DNA of 64,000 bases from Caldisericia bacterium (lineage in GTDB: Bacteria > Caldisericota > Caldisericia > JAAYUI01): contig OY771555.1 in assembly GCA_963674785.1 (NCBI GenBank), positions 1,344,001-1,408,000 on the forward strand, in the 5' to 3' direction. Below are positions 48,533 through 59,970 of the stretch, in pieces; within the stretch, counting starts at the first letter, position 1; each line of letters begins with the position of its first letter. The position numbers and the translations under genes were made by a program. The notes below the pieces were generated by a model. The model made no database searches, had not been told where the DNA came from, and worked only from the letters and a program-made list of their open reading frames with translations.

Positions 48533-48966
48533 ATCGATGCCTCGGGAAGTTCTCCCGCATCTCTGAGTTCTGTCCATTTTTTCAAGGCATTTTTTAAAAC
48601 ATCTTTATCTTGAGGGAACGTCAGGAGCTTCAGTGCCTTTTGTGGAGACACAACAAGATAAAACGAAAAATACACCTCAGTTTTAACTTTTTTTGTTTTG
48701 GCAAGCATCAAGAAATACTGAACATGTTTGTCTATTACCTTGTTTTCATTCACCCTGAATTGATAACTTGTTTCGCCAACCTCGCAGATCGGTTCAGCTC
48801 TAAGGTGTGTTTCTTCAAAAACTTCACGAACCGCTGCTTCTTCATGGGTTTCCCCATTTTCAAGATGTCCCTTAGGTAGTATCCAGTTGTTATTGCTTCT
48901 CCTCTGGAGTATAACGACTTGGTCGTTTATGAATACCACTCCTCCTGCCGACTCTTCATGTACCAT
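48529..48966 (-). CDS. NUDIX hydrolase (Ap4A hydrolase-like)
   Basis: SAGGVV, LPKGHLENGETHEEAAVREVFEET Nudix box; start uncertain. Confidence 0.9.
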   Translation of the reverse strand: MVHEESAGGVVFINDQVVILQRRSNNNWILPKGHLENGETHEEAAVREVFEETHLRAEPICEVGETSYQFRVNENKVIDKHVQYFLMLAKTKKVKTEVYFSFYLVVSPQKALKLLTFPQDKDVLKNALKKWTELRDAGELPEASI

Positions 48967-49052
48967 GGGAATATATTTTACAAGTTTTTGGTAAATTATC
49001 AACGAAGAGGTGTCCGGTTCAATGAGCAAGAGCAGATTTACCTCAACTGACC

Positions 49053-49080
49053 TTGACCTTTAACTTGTCTGTAGTAGAAT
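49053..49080 (+). promoter_or_regulatory. Promoter of the str operon
   Basis: TTGACC, 16 nt, TAGAAT upstream of the rpsL leader. Confidence 0.65.
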
Positions 49081-49257
49081 TCGTCTTCGACTGTGTGTGA
49101 AGTTGTATGCAGTCTTTTTTGCTGGTGTATCCAGCTAGTTTTGAATGGGCATTGATAATGCTTGTGGAGAAGAGCCCTATTTCACAAGTACTCGTGTGTG
49201 TTGAGTTATGCGAGCTATGTCTTATTCAAAATTTTTAAAAAAACACACGAGGTGAAT

Positions 49258-49629
49258 ATGCCAACAATCAATCAGCTTGTTAGACATGGCAGAAAGATGC
49301 CGAAGTCTAAGTCAAAGACTCCGTCTCTAGAATCCTGTCCTCAGAGAAGAGGGGTTTGTACTGTCGTTAGAACCCAGACTCCAAAGAAACCAAATTCAGC
49401 TCTTAGAAAAATTGCTAAAGTTAGACTTACAAATGGTAAGGAAATTATCGCATACATTGGTGGAATTGGGCATAATCTCCAGGAGCACTCAGTTGTTCTT
49501 GTAAGAGGCGGTAGAGTAAGAGACCTCCCAGGTGTTAGATATCACATTGTCAGAGGAACTCTCGATTCCATGGGTGTAGAAAACAGAGCACGTGGTCGTT
49601 CCAAATATGGAACAAAACGACCAAAGTAA
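49258..49629 (+). CDS. rpsL: 30S ribosomal protein S12
   Basis: [30 protein letters not shown]; SD GAGGTG. Confidence 0.99.
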   Translation: MPTINQLVRHGRKMPKSKSKTPSLESCPQRRGVCTVVRTQTPKKPNSALRKIAKVRLTNGKEIIAYIGGIGHNLQEHSVVLVRGGRVRDLPGVRYHIVRGTLDSMGVENRARGRSKYGTKRPK

Positions 49630-49644
49630 GAGGTTAGTTAAGTT

Positions 49645-50115
49645 ATGCCAAGAAAAAAACTTGTAAGAACAAAAAAAGTACACCTCGATCCAATTCACAG
49701 TAACGCCCTTATTGGTCATCTCATCAAGAAGATTTTGCTTGATGGCAAAATGCTTAGAGCTGAGAAGATCGTTTATGGTGCGCTCAACAAAGTTGCCGAG
49801 AAAACAGGCAAAACTCCAGTTGAAGTGATGGAAGAAGTTGTAGATCTTTGTAGGCCACGCGTTGAAGTAAAACCTCGTCGTGTTGGTGGATCAACCTATC
49901 AGGTACCACTTGAGGTCTCAAAAGAACGTGGTGAAGCACTTGCAGTTAAGTGGATTGTTCAGTTTTCAAGAAAGAAAAAAGGCATGCCAATGATGAACAG
50001 GCTTGCCGCTGAAATGAACGATGCTCTTACTGGACAGGGTCTCGCACTCAAAAAGAAACAGGATACACATAGAATGGCCGAAGCCAACAGAGCTTTCGCC
50101 CATTACAAGTGGTAA
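49645..50115 (+). CDS. rpsG: 30S ribosomal protein S7
   Basis: RRVGGSTYQVP, HRMAEANRAFAHY. Confidence 0.99.
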   Translation: MPRKKLVRTKKVHLDPIHSNALIGHLIKKILLDGKMLRAEKIVYGALNKVAEKTGKTPVEVMEEVVDLCRPRVEVKPRRVGGSTYQVPLEVSKERGEALAVKWIVQFSRKKKGMPMMNRLAAEMNDALTGQGLALKKKQDTHRMAEANRAFAHYKW

Positions 50116-50139
50116 GAAGTTGGCCCATTAGGCCCAATT

Positions 50140-52221
50140 ATGGACAACCTTGAAAAACTAAGAAACATCGGAATCATCGCCCACATTGATGCGGGAAAGA
50201 CGACTACTACAGAAAGAATCCTCTTTCTTGCGGGTAAAATACACAGAATGGGCAATGTCGATGATGGAAATACCACAACTGACTATATGACTCAGGAACG
50301 TGAACGCGGAATCACAATCGTTTCCGCCGCAATCGCTTTTGATTGGAAAGGCTACAGAGTCAATCTTATCGATACACCTGGTCATGTAGATTTCACTGCT
50401 GAGGTAGAACGCTCCCTCCGTGTCCTGGATGGAGTTATCATGGTGGTGTGTGGTGTTGCCGGTGTTCAACCCCAGACCGAAACTGTTTGGAGACAAGCAG
50501 AGAGGTACGGGGTACCCCGAATTATCTCTGTCAATAAGATGGATAGAGTAGGGGCAAACCTTGATAATGCAGTCCAAACAATAAGCGAGAAACTTGGTGC
50601 AAACCCAGCAGTTATTCAGGTTCCAATTGGAGCTGAAGCTGATTTTCGCGGCGTTTGTGATGTGATCTCTGGGAAGGCTTATACCTGGGGAGAAGAAACT
50701 GACGGAACTGATATGGTTGAGTCAAATATCCCTGAGGATTTAGCTGAGACCGTTGAGCTGGTCAGATCAAATCTGATTGAGATAGTCGCAGAATCAAATG
50801 AAGAAGCACTTGGTAAATATATTGAGAATGGAACACTTACAAGTGATGAAATCAAGATGTATCTTAGAAGAGCGTGTGTTGCTGGGAAACTTGTTCCAGT
50901 AGTTTGCGCATCAGCTTTCAAGTACAAAGGAATTCAACCTCTTCTTTCAGCAATCACAGACTATCTTCCATCTCCACTTGACCTCCCACCAGTTGAAGGA
51001 ATTCACCCAAAAACAAAGGAAGTTATCAAGAGAAACCTTAATTCATCTGACCCAATGTCAGCCCTTATTTTTAAAACAGTCTCCGATACTTTCCTTGGCT
51101 CTATGTCTTATGTGAGGGTTTATTCAGGTGTCCTCAAAGCAGGAAGCCATGTTTCAAACTCAACAACTGGGAAAAAAGAGAGAATCATGAGGTGTCTCCA
51201 TCTCTTTGCTGATCATAGAGAAGATGTTGATCAGCTTGAAGCTGGTGACATAGGTGGAATTCTTGGTCTCAAACAGAGTCATACAGGAAACACTCTTCAC
51301 GACCCATCACATCCTATCAGCCTCGAGAGAATGGAATTCCCGGAACCAGTTATTTCTCAAACCATCGAACCACAGACCAGAGGTGAGCTTGATAAAGTAA
51401 TCAAGGTTCTCAGGTCATACGCCATGGAAGATCCAACCTTCGTGATCAAAAATGACGAAGAAACCGGTGAGATAATCATCTCAGGAATGGGTGAGCTTCA
51501 TCTCGATATAATGGTTTCCAGAATGAAGATTGAGCATAAACTCGACGTCAGAACCGGTGTTCCACAGGTTTCCTATAGAGAGACCATTGGCAAAGAGGTT
51601 ACATCGAGAGGAAGATACATCAGACAGACCGGCGGAAAAGGTCAGTATGGAGATGTTACCCTTAGAATTTACCCAATCCCAGATGGCAATCTCGAGTTCA
51701 GTTCATCAGTCGGTGGAGACAAGATTCCCGAGCAGTATCTAAAAGATATTGAGCTTGGAGTCAAAGACGCCATGATGTCAGGAAAAATTCTTGGCTATCC
51801 GGTTGTAAGACTTGGTGTTGAGGTTGTTGATGGAAGCTTCCATGATGTTGATAGTTCATCAATTGCCTACAGACAGGCTGCTTCAATTGCGATTCGAGAT
51901 GGCTTTTCCAAGGCAGAACCAGTTTTACTTGAACCAATTATGAGTCTTCAAGTTATCGTTCCTGAAGAGTATCTTGGTGATGTCATGGCTGGTTTGAACA
52001 AGAGAAGATGTAAAGTTCAGTCGATGGAACTTCAGGGAAACTCACAGGTTATCTCGGCACTTGCACCACTTTCGGAAATGTTTGGATATGCAACAGATTT
52101 ACGTTCTGCCACACAGGGCAGAGGAACTCACTCAATGGAGTTTAAAAAGTTGGAAGTTACACCACCTGATGTCAGAGACAAGGTGGTTCTCGCTATCAGG
52201 GGAATTCCCTGGCAGCAATAA
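50140..52221 (+). CDS. fusA: Elongation factor G
   Basis: [35 protein letters not shown]. Confidence 0.98.
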   Translation: MDNLEKLRNIGIIAHIDAGKTTTTERILFLAGKIHRMGNVDDGNTTTDYMTQERERGITIVSAAIAFDWKGYRVNLIDTPGHVDFTAEVERSLRVLDGVIMVVCGVAGVQPQTETVWRQAERYGVPRIISVNKMDRVGANLDNAVQTISEKLGANPAVIQVPIGAEADFRGVCDVISGKAYTWGEETDGTDMVESNIPEDLAETVELVRSNLIEIVAESNEEALGKYIENGTLTSDEIKMYLRRACVAGKLVPVVCASAFKYKGIQPLLSAITDYLPSPLDLPPVEGIHPKTKEVIKRNLNSSDPMSALIFKTVSDTFLGSMSYVRVYSGVLKAGSHVSNSTTGKKERIMRCLHLFADHREDVDQLEAGDIGGILGLKQSHTGNTLHDPSHPISLERMEFPEPVISQTIEPQTRGELDKVIKVLRSYAMEDPTFVIKNDEETGEIIISGMGELHLDIMVSRMKIEHKLDVRTGVPQVSYRETIGKEVTSRGRYIRQTGGKGQYGDVTLRIYPIPDGNLEFSSSVGGDKIPEQYLKDIELGVKDAMMSGKILGYPVVRLGVEVVDGSFHDVDSSSIAYRQAASIAIRDGFSKAEPVLLEPIMSLQVIVPEEYLGDVMAGLNKRRCKVQSMELQGNSQVISALAPLSEMFGYATDLRSATQGRGTHSMEFKKLEVTPPDVRDKVVLAIRGIPWQQ

Positions 52222-52265
52222 AAAAGAAAAATTACCTAAAGGATTAATGAGAGGAGCTCGAAAGA

Positions 52266-53471
52266 ATGGCCAAAGAAAAATTTGAACGAACGAAACCACA
52301 CGTCAATGTGGGAACAATTGGACACATTGACCACGGAAAAACAACTCTTACAGCAGCAATCACCCAGGTGCTTGCATCACTTGGAACAACTGAAGCAAAA
52401 AAGTTTGATGAAATTGATAACGCACCAGAAGAAAAAGCTCGTGGTGTAACAATCAACATCCATCACACAGAGTATGAAACAGCAAACAGACACTATGCAC
52501 ACATCGACTGCCCAGGTCACGCTGACTACATCAAAAACATGATCACCGGTGCAGCTCAGATGGATGGTGCAATTCTCGTAGTCGCAGCAACAGATGGTCC
52601 AATGCCACAGACAAGAGAACATCTCCTCCTCGCAAGACAGGTTAACGTTCCAAAAATCATCGTTTTCCTTAACAAATGTGACATGGTAGAAGATGAAGAG
52701 CTCATCGAACTCGTAGAAGTAGAAGTAAGAGACCTTCTCTCATCATACGAATTCCCAGGTGACGATCTCCCAGTAGTCAGAGGATCAGCTCTCAAAGCCC
52801 TCGAAGCAGAAGGTGACCTCGGACCAGACAATCCAGACACAAAATGCATTTGGGATCTTGCAGAACAGCTTGACACATACATCCCAGAACCAGAAAGACC
52901 AACAGACAAACCATTCCTTATGCCAATCGAAGACGTATTCTCAATCACAGGTAGAGGAACCGTTGTTACAGGTAGAGTCGAAAGAGGAATCTGTAAAGTC
53001 GGTGAAAAGATGGAAATCGTTGGTGTCAAAGAAGAAAGAACAAAAACAGTTATCACCGGTGTCGAGATGTTCAGAAAACTCCTCGACGAAGGTAGAGCAG
53101 GTGACAACGTAGGTCTCCTCATCCGTGGAGTCGACTACAAAGAAGTAGAACGTGGACAGGTAGTAGCAGTCCCAGGTTCAATCAACCCACACAAAAAATT
53201 CAGCTCAGAAGTCTACATCCTCAGTAAAGAAGAGGGCGGAAGACATAAAGCATTCTTCACAGGTTACAGACCACAGTTCTTCTTCAGAACAACAGACGTA
53301 ACAGGTTCAATCAAACTTCCAGAAGGTATCGAAATGGCAATGCCAGGTGATAACGTAAAAATGGAAGTCGAACTTATCGTACCAATCGCAATGGAACCAG
53401 GCCTCAGATTTGCTATCCGTGAAGGCGGCAGAACAATTGGTGCTGGTGTTGTAACAGATATACAGGAGTAA
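52266..53471 (+). CDS. tuf: Elongation factor Tu
   Basis: [30 protein letters not shown]. Confidence 0.99.
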   Translation: MAKEKFERTKPHVNVGTIGHIDHGKTTLTAAITQVLASLGTTEAKKFDEIDNAPEEKARGVTINIHHTEYETANRHYAHIDCPGHADYIKNMITGAAQMDGAILVVAATDGPMPQTREHLLLARQVNVPKIIVFLNKCDMVEDEELIELVEVEVRDLLSSYEFPGDDLPVVRGSALKALEAEGDLGPDNPDTKCIWDLAEQLDTYIPEPERPTDKPFLMPIEDVFSITGRGTVVTGRVERGICKVGEKMEIVGVKEERTKTVITGVEMFRKLLDEGRAGDNVGLLIRGVDYKEVERGQVVAVPGSINPHKKFSSEVYILSKEEGGRHKAFFTGYRPQFFFRTTDVTGSIKLPEGIEMAMPGDNVKMEVELIVPIAMEPGLRFAIREGGRTIGAGVVTDIQE

Positions 53472-53477
53472 AACCCA

Positions 53478-53786
53478 GTGTCATCACCAAAGATGAGAAT
53501 TAAACTTAGAGCCTTCGATCACGTCATTCTCGATCAGTCAGTTGTAAAGATCGTAGAGACTGCAAGAAGGACAGGGGCCGAAATCGCAGGTCCTATTCCG
53601 TTACCAACCAACAGGCAGGTTTTTACAGTGCTTCGTGCTCCAAACGTAGACAAAGACTCAAGAGAGCAGTTTGAGATGAGAGTTCACAAGAGACTCATCG
53701 ATATTCTTGAGCCATCAGAAGAGATCACAAAAGCACTTATGAATATTGACCTTCCTGCAGGTGTAGATATCGAAATTAAGCTGTAG
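53478..53786 (+). CDS. rpsJ: 30S ribosomal protein S10
   Basis: [22 protein letters not shown]. Confidence 0.98.
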   Translation: MSSPKMRIKLRAFDHVILDQSVVKIVETARRTGAEIAGPIPLPTNRQVFTVLRAPNVDKDSREQFEMRVHKRLIDILEPSEEITKALMNIDLPAGVDIEIKL

Positions 53787-53798
53787 AGGAGATTACCT

Positions 53799-54416
53799 AT
53801 GGCAGGTAAAGGTCTTATTACAAAAAAGATTGGGTGCACAAGCATCTGGGACGGAGACAAAGCTCTTATGGTTACTGTTCTCCAGAACCACGACAATGTA
53901 GTGCTCGATCAGAAAACTGAAGCAGACAATGGTTATACTGCAGTCAAAGTTGGTTACCAGAAACCAAAGTCTGAAAAGAAATTCGTGAAGAAGCCTGTAA
54001 GAGGTTATTACGAGAAAAGAAATCTTCCAGTTCATCTTCATATGATGGAGTTCAGAGATCTTGAAGCAGAAGTTGGTTCATCACTTTCAGTTACCCAGTT
54101 TGAAGAGGGCGAAAAAATTACTGTTCGTGGTAGATCAAGAGGTCTCGGATTTGCTGGTGTTGTCAAAAGACATGGTTTCCGTGGTGGAGAAGCTGCTCAT
54201 GGTGCGATGATGCACAGAAGAAGTGGTTCACTTGGATGTAGATTGACACCTGGTCATGTTATCAAAGGCAAAAAGATGGCTGGTCGAATGGGTTTCGACA
54301 ATATTACTGTCAAAAACCTCAAGATCATTCGAATTGATGAAGAACAGGGTTTACTTCTTGTTGCAGGAGCAATTCCTGGACCAAAGGGTGGACTTGTTGT
54401 GGTGACAGGGAAGTAG
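53799..54416 (+). CDS. rplC: 50S ribosomal protein L3
   Basis: GFAGVVKRHGF, KGKKMAGRMG; position in the S10 operon. Confidence 0.97.
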   Translation: MAGKGLITKKIGCTSIWDGDKALMVTVLQNHDNVVLDQKTEADNGYTAVKVGYQKPKSEKKFVKKPVRGYYEKRNLPVHLHMMEFRDLEAEVGSSLSVTQFEEGEKITVRGRSRGLGFAGVVKRHGFRGGEAAHGAMMHRRSGSLGCRLTPGHVIKGKKMAGRMGFDNITVKNLKIIRIDEEQGLLLVAGAIPGPKGGLVVVTGK

Positions 54417-54425
54417 GGGATCGAA

Positions 54426-55049
54426 ATGAATATTCCGATCATAAACGTAGCTGGAGAAAAAACAGGTGAAATGTCAGTTCCAGACACCATTTGGGGTCAG
54501 GAAAGACACGAATCCTGCGAGTTTATCTCAATCCTTCAAAGCCGTGCTGGTAAGAGAAGAGGTTGTGCATCCACAAAAACACGTGCTGAGGTTCGTGGTG
54601 GTGGCAAAAAACCTTGGAGACAGAAGGGTACTGGTAGAGCAAGACATGGTTCAAGAAGATCGCCAATTTGGGCAGGTGGCGGAATCACCTTTGGGCCAAA
54701 ACCAAGATCATTTGCTTTTGATTTGAACAAAAAAGTCAGAAGATTGGCACTCTTTTCAGCTCTTTCATCAAAAGTTGCTGAAGACAACACATACGTGATA
54801 GAGGGTGTCAAACTTACAGAACTCAAAATCAAGGTTGCAACTGAGGCTATCGGTGAAAAAAATCTTGATAAAAAAACTCTCATTATCTTTGATACCGAAA
54901 AAAATGGTGACTTTTTAACTGCTTTTGCAAACTCAAAAATAGTTTCAGCAAGACCAGTAAATATGCTTTCCACTGATGAGATTCTTAACAGCAACAAAAT
55001 CATTCTCACAAGCGAAGCTGTTGAATCCATGAAGGAGGTCTGGGCATGA
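54426..55049 (+). CDS. rplD: 50S ribosomal protein L4
   Basis: KPWRQKGTGRARHGS. Confidence 0.98.
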   Translation: MNIPIINVAGEKTGEMSVPDTIWGQERHESCEFISILQSRAGKRRGCASTKTRAEVRGGGKKPWRQKGTGRARHGSRRSPIWAGGGITFGPKPRSFAFDLNKKVRRLALFSALSSKVAEDNTYVIEGVKLTELKIKVATEAIGEKNLDKKTLIIFDTEKNGDFLTAFANSKIVSARPVNMLSTDEILNSNKIILTSEAVESMKEVWA

Positions 55050-55333
55050 TAGAAAGAAGAAAAATTTCAATTTTAAAGCCAATGATCTCTGAAAAAAATA
55101 CTGACCTTGAAGATATGGGTAAGTATGTCTTCCAGATTATCGAAGGTGCAAATGCAAGTTGGGTTAAGCAGGATATCGAAAAACTCTGGAAAGTCGAAGT
55201 TGAGAGCGTAAATATTTGCAGATTGCCTGGAAAGAAAAAGCGCGTGAAAAGAACTTTTAAAACAACAAGTCCAATCAAGAAAGCTATCGTTACTCTTAAA
55301 GAGGGTTACTCGATAGAGATCTTAGAGAAGTAG
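55046..55333 (+). CDS. rplW: 50S ribosomal protein L23
   Basis: PMISEK, KKAIVTL; synteny. Confidence 0.95.
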   Translation: MIERRKISILKPMISEKNTDLEDMGKYVFQIIEGANASWVKQDIEKLWKVEVESVNICRLPGKKKRVKRTFKTTSPIKKAIVTLKEGYSIEILEK

Positions 55334-55341
55334 GGGTTTCC

Positions 55342-56175
55342 ATGGCTGTTAGAAAATATAAACCAACATCGCCAGGAACTAGACATAGAGTTGTACTAGT
55401 TTATGATGAACTTACAACGGATAAGCCATACAAGCCATTGACTGTTGGCATGAAGAAGACCGCAGGTCGTTCAAATGGTAAGATTGCAGTCAGAAGACGT
55501 GGCGGCGGATCCAAGAGAACATACAGAATCATTGATTTCAAAAGAGATAAAATGATTCCAGGTAAAGTTGCAACAATTGAGTACGATCCAAACAGATCAG
55601 CTTTCATAGCTCTTATCAACTATATCGATGGTGAAAAGAGATATATCCTTGCACCAGCAGGTATTAAGGTTGGAGATGAGATTGAAAGCAGTGACACCGC
55701 AGATATCAGACCAGGAAACTGTCTTCCACTTGCAAGACTTCCTCTTGGTACTGTCATCCATAACCTCGAACTTGTTCCAGGAAAAGGCGGAATCATTGTA
55801 AGATCAGCCGGTGGATCAGCTCAGCTTCTTGCAAAAGAAGGCGATATGTGTCTTGTAAGACTTCCAAGTAACGAAGTTAGATACATTAAGTCAGAATGTA
55901 AAGCAACAATTGGTGTCGTTTCAAATGGTGACCACAACAAAATCAAGCTCGGAAAAGCCGGTGCAAGAAGATGGCGTGGTAGAAGACCAAAAGTCAGGGG
56001 AGCCGCTATGAACCCAATCGACCATCCACACGGTGGTGGAACGGGTAAAGCTCCAACTGGTCACCCTGGTCCACTTACTCCTTGGGGAAAACCAACACGT
56101 GGTTACAGAACCAGAGATAGAAAGAAAGATACCAATAAGTTCATCGTTCGCAGAAGAGACGCTGGAAAGAGATAG
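55342..56175 (+). CDS. rplB: 50S ribosomal protein L2
   Basis: [21 protein letters not shown]. Confidence 0.99.
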   Translation: MAVRKYKPTSPGTRHRVVLVYDELTTDKPYKPLTVGMKKTAGRSNGKIAVRRRGGGSKRTYRIIDFKRDKMIPGKVATIEYDPNRSAFIALINYIDGEKRYILAPAGIKVGDEIESSDTADIRPGNCLPLARLPLGTVIHNLELVPGKGGIIVRSAGGSAQLLAKEGDMCLVRLPSNEVRYIKSECKATIGVVSNGDHNKIKLGKAGARRWRGRRPKVRGAAMNPIDHPHGGGTGKAPTGHPGPLTPWGKPTRGYRTRDRKKDTNKFIVRRRDAGKR

Positions 56176-56186
56176 GGGTCAGATAT

Positions 56187-56471
56187 ATGAGCAGATCAAG
56201 TAAAAAAGGACCATATGTTGATCAGAAGCTTTTGAAAAAAGTTGCTGATATGACAGCGTCTGGTAAAAAGAGAGTCATTAAGGTTTGGTGTAGAAGCTCC
56301 TCAATTACCGAAGAGATGGTTGGATATACAATTGCTGTTCACAATGGTAAAAACCATGTTCCAGTATATATCACCAATCAGATGATCGGACACAAACTTG
56401 GCGAGTTTGCCCATACCAGAAATTTCAGAGGTCATAGAAGACCAACTGAAAGATCAACGGCCAAGAAGTAA
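56187..56471 (+). CDS. rpsS: 30S ribosomal protein S19
   Basis: [16 protein letters not shown]. Confidence 0.98.
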   Translation: MSRSSKKGPYVDQKLLKKVADMTASGKKRVIKVWCRSSSITEEMVGYTIAVHNGKNHVPVYITNQMIGHKLGEFAHTRNFRGHRRPTERSTAKK

Positions 56472-56484
56472 GAGGTAAATAGAT

Positions 56485-56826
56485 ATGAAAGTACATGCAA
56501 TTCATAAACATGCGATGATAGCACCTCAAAAGGCAAGAAAAGTTATTGGTATGATCCGTGGCAAGACAGTGGAAGAAGCAGAGTATATTCTCAGAGCTTT
56601 ACCACAGAAAGCAGCACGCCTTATCCTTAAGGTGACTCTTTCTGCCAAGGCAAATGCAGTAAATAATTTTGAAATGGATCCAGATACCCTCTATGTTCGT
56701 GAAGCAGTAATCGACATGGCAAAACCATGGAGAAAGATGCTTCCACGTGGAATGGGTAGAGGTGACATCATTAAGAGAAGAACCAGCCATATCAAAGTAG
56801 TGGTTGATTCTGTCGAGGGGGTCTAA
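56485..56826 (+). CDS. rplV: 50S ribosomal protein L22
   Basis: SAKANA, PRGMGR, RTSHI. Confidence 0.97.
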   Translation: MKVHAIHKHAMIAPQKARKVIGMIRGKTVEEAEYILRALPQKAARLILKVTLSAKANAVNNFEMDPDTLYVREAVIDMAKPWRKMLPRGMGRGDIIKRRTSHIKVVVDSVEGV

Positions 56827-56828
56827 GT

Positions 56829-57482
56829 ATGGGTCAGAAAGTTCATCCATATGGTTTCAGGCTTGGCGTTATTTATCCCTGGAGATCAAACTGGTTCTCT
56901 GGAAAAAATGATTTCAAGAAGAATTTGTCAGAAGATCTAGCAATCAGGAAAATCGTTGACGGACTCGGAAACGAAGCTGGAATCGCGGAAACTGTTATCG
57001 AGAGAAGAACAGGAAAAGTAAGAGTAATTCTTAGAACCGCAAAACCAGGAATCGTGATTGGTAGAAAAGGTGCCTCTGCTGACAAGCTTAAATCAGATAT
57101 CCAGAAGATCGTCGGAGATAAAACCCTTAAGCTTGATATCGTTGAAGTCAGACAGCCAGATACATCAGCAAAACTTATTGCTGAGTGGATTGGCGATCAG
57201 ATTCAGCGTCGTATCCCCTACAAGAGAGCAATGAAACAGTCCATCACAAGAGCCATGAAGGCTGGAGCGAAGGGCATTAAGATTATGGCATCAGGTAGAC
57301 TTAATGGTGCTGAGATTGCTCGTACAGAGTGGTTTAGAGATGGTAGAGTCCCGCTTCACACACTCAAAGCAGATATCGATTATCACATCGAACACGTTAT
57401 TACAAAATTCGGTGTAATCGGTATTAAATGCTGGGTTTACAAGGGTGACAAGCCAACCACTGGACCCTACTCCCTGAAATAG
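56829..57482 (+). CDS. rpsC: 30S ribosomal protein S3
   Basis: MGQKVHPYGFRLG, GRLNGAEIAR. Confidence 0.99.
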   Translation: MGQKVHPYGFRLGVIYPWRSNWFSGKNDFKKNLSEDLAIRKIVDGLGNEAGIAETVIERRTGKVRVILRTAKPGIVIGRKGASADKLKSDIQKIVGDKTLKLDIVEVRQPDTSAKLIAEWIGDQIQRRIPYKRAMKQSITRAMKAGAKGIKIMASGRLNGAEIARTEWFRDGRVPLHTLKADIDYHIEHVITKFGVIGIKCWVYKGDKPTTGPYSLK

Positions 57483-57492
57483 GAAGGTTATC

Positions 57493-57921
57493 ATGTTACA
57501 ACCAGAAAGAACCAAATTCAGAAAACAGCAGAGAGGACGCATGAGAGGTCGCTCAAAGGGTGGAAACACCTTGAACTTTGGTGAATATGGTATTCAGGCA
57601 ATGGAGTGTTCATGGATTACAGCAAGACAGATTGAAGCAGTTCGTCTTGTTGTTACTGGTAGAGTCCCAAACACAGGTAGACTCTGGACACGTATTTTCC
57701 CTGATAAACCAATCTCCAAAAAACCTCTTGAAACCAGGATGGGTAAAGGTAAAGCAGATACCGATTATTGGGTAGCTGTCATTAAACCTGGTCGAATCAT
57801 CATGGAATACACAGGTTGTACTCTCGAAGTCGCAAAAGAAGCAGCAAGAATTGCTGGTGCAAAACTTCCAATCAGGACACGTTTTGTCAGCAGAACTCTT
57901 GAGAAAGAGATAAGATTATGA
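57493..57921 (+). CDS. rplP: 50S ribosomal protein L16
   Basis: IFPDKP, RMGKGK. Confidence 0.98.
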   Translation: MLQPERTKFRKQQRGRMRGRSKGGNTLNFGEYGIQAMECSWITARQIEAVRLVVTGRVPNTGRLWTRIFPDKPISKKPLETRMGKGKADTDYWVAVIKPGRIIMEYTGCTLEVAKEAARIAGAKLPIRTRFVSRTLEKEIRL

Positions 57922-58118
57922 AGAAGTATAAGATTCTTGCAATGAGTAAGATTGAAAAGGAAAAAGCTCTCGAAAAGATCGAAGCAGAGCTTGTTCAGCT
58001 TCTTTTCAACCACAGAAACGGTCAACTTGATAAAGGCATGAAGATCAGAGAATGCAGAAGAGATATTGCCAGACTCAAGACCTATATCCACCAGGAAGAC
58101 CTGGAGGCCGGTAAATGA
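57918..58118 (+). CDS. rpmC: 50S ribosomal protein L29
   Basis: GQL...IRECRRDIARLKT; synteny. Confidence 0.93.
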   Translation: MKKYKILAMSKIEKEKALEKIEAELVQLLFNHRNGQLDKGMKIRECRRDIARLKTYIHQEDLEAGK

Positions 58119-58384
58119 ACGAAAAATTAATCAAAAGAAGAGGTGTGGTAACATCTGATAAACCCGAAAAGAAATGTGTTGTTAGGGTAACAAGATCTGT
58201 TATGCACCCAGTCTACAAAAAAAGAGTCAAAAAAAGCAAAAAATACATGGTTCATGATGTAAACAATGATGCACATATCGGTGATACAGTTGAGTTCATT
58301 GATTGCAGACCACTCTCAAAGAGATGTTCTCACAGATTGCTTAGCGTCATTGAAAGAGCCTCAAAGGCTGAGGTATTGAAATGA
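58115..58384 (+). CDS. rpsQ: 30S ribosomal protein S17
   Basis: GVVTSDK, HPVYKK, CRPLSK. Confidence 0.97.
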   Translation: MNEKLIKRRGVVTSDKPEKKCVVRVTRSVMHPVYKKRVKKSKKYMVHDVNNDAHIGDTVEFIDCRPLSKRCSHRLLSVIERASKAEVLK

Positions 58385-58749
58385 TTATACAGTATTCAAG
58401 ACTCGATGTTGCTGATAACTCCGGAGCAAAGATTGTTGAAGTCATCGGTTTGCTTGGTGTAAGTGCAAAAAAAGTCGCGAGAGTTGGAGACAAGATCAGA
58501 ATCACTGTTAAGAAAGCAATTCCAAACTCCCCAATTCCAAAAGGATCAGTAGAAACAGCAGTAATCGTTAGAACAAAGCAGCCCGTAGTAAGAAAAGATG
58601 GTTCAAGGGTAAGATTTGATCAGAACGCAGCTGTTATTATTGATGCCGATGGCAACCCAAAAGGAACAAGAATCTTTGGTGCAATTTGTAGAGAGCTCAG
58701 AGAAAAAGGGTACATGAAGATTGTATCTCTTGCTCCAGAGGTGGTATAA
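58381..58749 (+). CDS. rplN: 50S ribosomal protein L14
   Basis: VADNSGA, GTRIFG, SLAPEV. Confidence 0.98.
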   Translation: MIIQYSRLDVADNSGAKIVEVIGLLGVSAKKVARVGDKIRITVKKAIPNSPIPKGSVETAVIVRTKQPVVRKDGSRVRFDQNAAVIIDADGNPKGTRIFGAICRELREKGYMKIVSLAPEVV

Positions 58750-58750
58750 G

Positions 58751-59095
58751 ATGAAGACTATTCCAAGAGAAAAAGTTAGCATCAGAAGCGGGGACCTTGT
58801 TAAGGTTATCGCTGGTAAGTCAAAAGGCCACAAGGGCAGAGTGAAGGATGTTCTTCCAAGCAAAAAAAAGAATCGCATTATTGTCGAAGGTGCAAACTGG
58901 ATCAAGAAGGTCAGCGTCAATAAGAGAACTCATGAGAGAGATTTTATTGAACTTGAGGCCCCAATGCACAGATCAAATGTGATGCTTGTCTGTCCAAATT
59001 GCAAACAAACCACAAGAGTTGGTCACAAAGAGCTTCCAAACGGAAGACAGGTTAGACAGTGCCGCAAATGTGGTGAAGTTGTCGATAAGATTTAA
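58751..59095 (+). CDS. rplX: 50S ribosomal protein L24
   Basis: GDLVKVIAGK, EAPMHRSNVM, CPNC...CRKC; start at ATG 58751. Confidence 0.96.
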   Translation: MKTIPREKVSIRSGDLVKVIAGKSKGHKGRVKDVLPSKKKNRIIVEGANWIKKVSVNKRTHERDFIELEAPMHRSNVMLVCPNCKQTTRVGHKELPNGRQVRQCRKCGEVVDKI

Positions 59096-59106
59096 GGTAG
59101 TGGATC

Positions 59107-59760
59107 ATGGCAGGAAATAAGAAAAAATCAGCAGCAAAGAAGCCACAGACTCAGTCTAACAAATCACAGGTTTCAAAGGGTGGCGTTTCTCCAAAAGTAA
59201 AGACGAAGATTGCGGCAAAAAACGATTACATCGATAAATACAACAATGATGTTGCTCCAGCTCTTATGAAGAAGTTCAGCTACAAGAGCTCAATGCAGAT
59301 CCCAAAGATAGTGAAAGTTGTATTCAATAGGGGTGTTGGTGAAGTAACATTCAATCCAAAAGCCCTTGATTCAACTGTCGATGAAATGTACTTGATCACA
59401 AATCAGAGACCAATCATCAAGCACGCAAAAAAATCAATCGCAAACTTCAAACTCAGAGAAGGAATGCCAATTGGATGCATGGTCACTCTTCGTGGAAACA
59501 GAATGTATGCTTTCATCAAGAAACTTATTGAAGAAGCACTTCCACGTATCCGTGACTTTAAAGGTCTTTCACCTCATTCATTTGATGGACGTGGAAACTA
59601 TACATTTGGTGTAAAAGAACAGCTCATCTTCCCAGAGATTGATTATGATAAAGTAGACAAAACTCGTGGTTTCAATGTTTCTTTTGTAACAACCGCAGAA
59701 TCTGATGAAGAGGCTCGCGAGCTTCTTGGTCTCATTGGATTACCATTTAGGGAAAACTGA
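59107..59760 (+). CDS. rplE: 50S ribosomal protein L5 with an N-terminal extension
   Basis: [26 protein letters not shown]. Confidence 0.98.
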   Translation: MAGNKKKSAAKKPQTQSNKSQVSKGGVSPKVKTKIAAKNDYIDKYNNDVAPALMKKFSYKSSMQIPKIVKVVFNRGVGEVTFNPKALDSTVDEMYLITNQRPIIKHAKKSIANFKLREGMPIGCMVTLRGNRMYAFIKKLIEEALPRIRDFKGLSPHSFDGRGNYTFGVKEQLIFPEIDYDKVDKTRGFNVSFVTTAESDEEARELLGLIGLPFREN

Positions 59761-59774
59761 GGAGTAAGAAATAA

Positions 59775-59960
59775 ATGGCAAGATTAGCGTTAATTAATAA
59801 AGCAAATAAGAAACCAAAGTTTTCATCAAGAAAAATCAATAGATGTATGATCTGTGGTAGACCAAGAGCCTATTTCAGAAAATTTGGTTTATGCAGACTT
59901 TGTTTGAGAAAGCTTGCAAACGAAGGCAAAATCCCTGGGCTTGTAAAGGCTTCATGGTAG
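59775..59960 (+). CDS. rpsN: 30S ribosomal protein S14, zinc-binding type
   Basis: RCMICGRPR...LCRLC; 61 aa. Confidence 0.98.
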   Translation: MARLALINKANKKPKFSSRKINRCMICGRPRAYFRKFGLCRLCLRKLANEGKIPGLVKASW

Positions 59961-59970
59961 GGGGAATATA

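Noticed and set aside
49162-49257. N-terminal extensions of S12 (and similarly L15, L24, Prx, SuhB) shown in the ORF track
   Set aside because: They come from upstream alternative start codons; SD position or family N-termini support the downstream starts.
52556-53122. Long antisense ORFs over tuf, rplD and the aminotransferase
   Set aside because: Shadow ORFs caused by codon bias in highly expressed genes; they carry no recognisable motifs.
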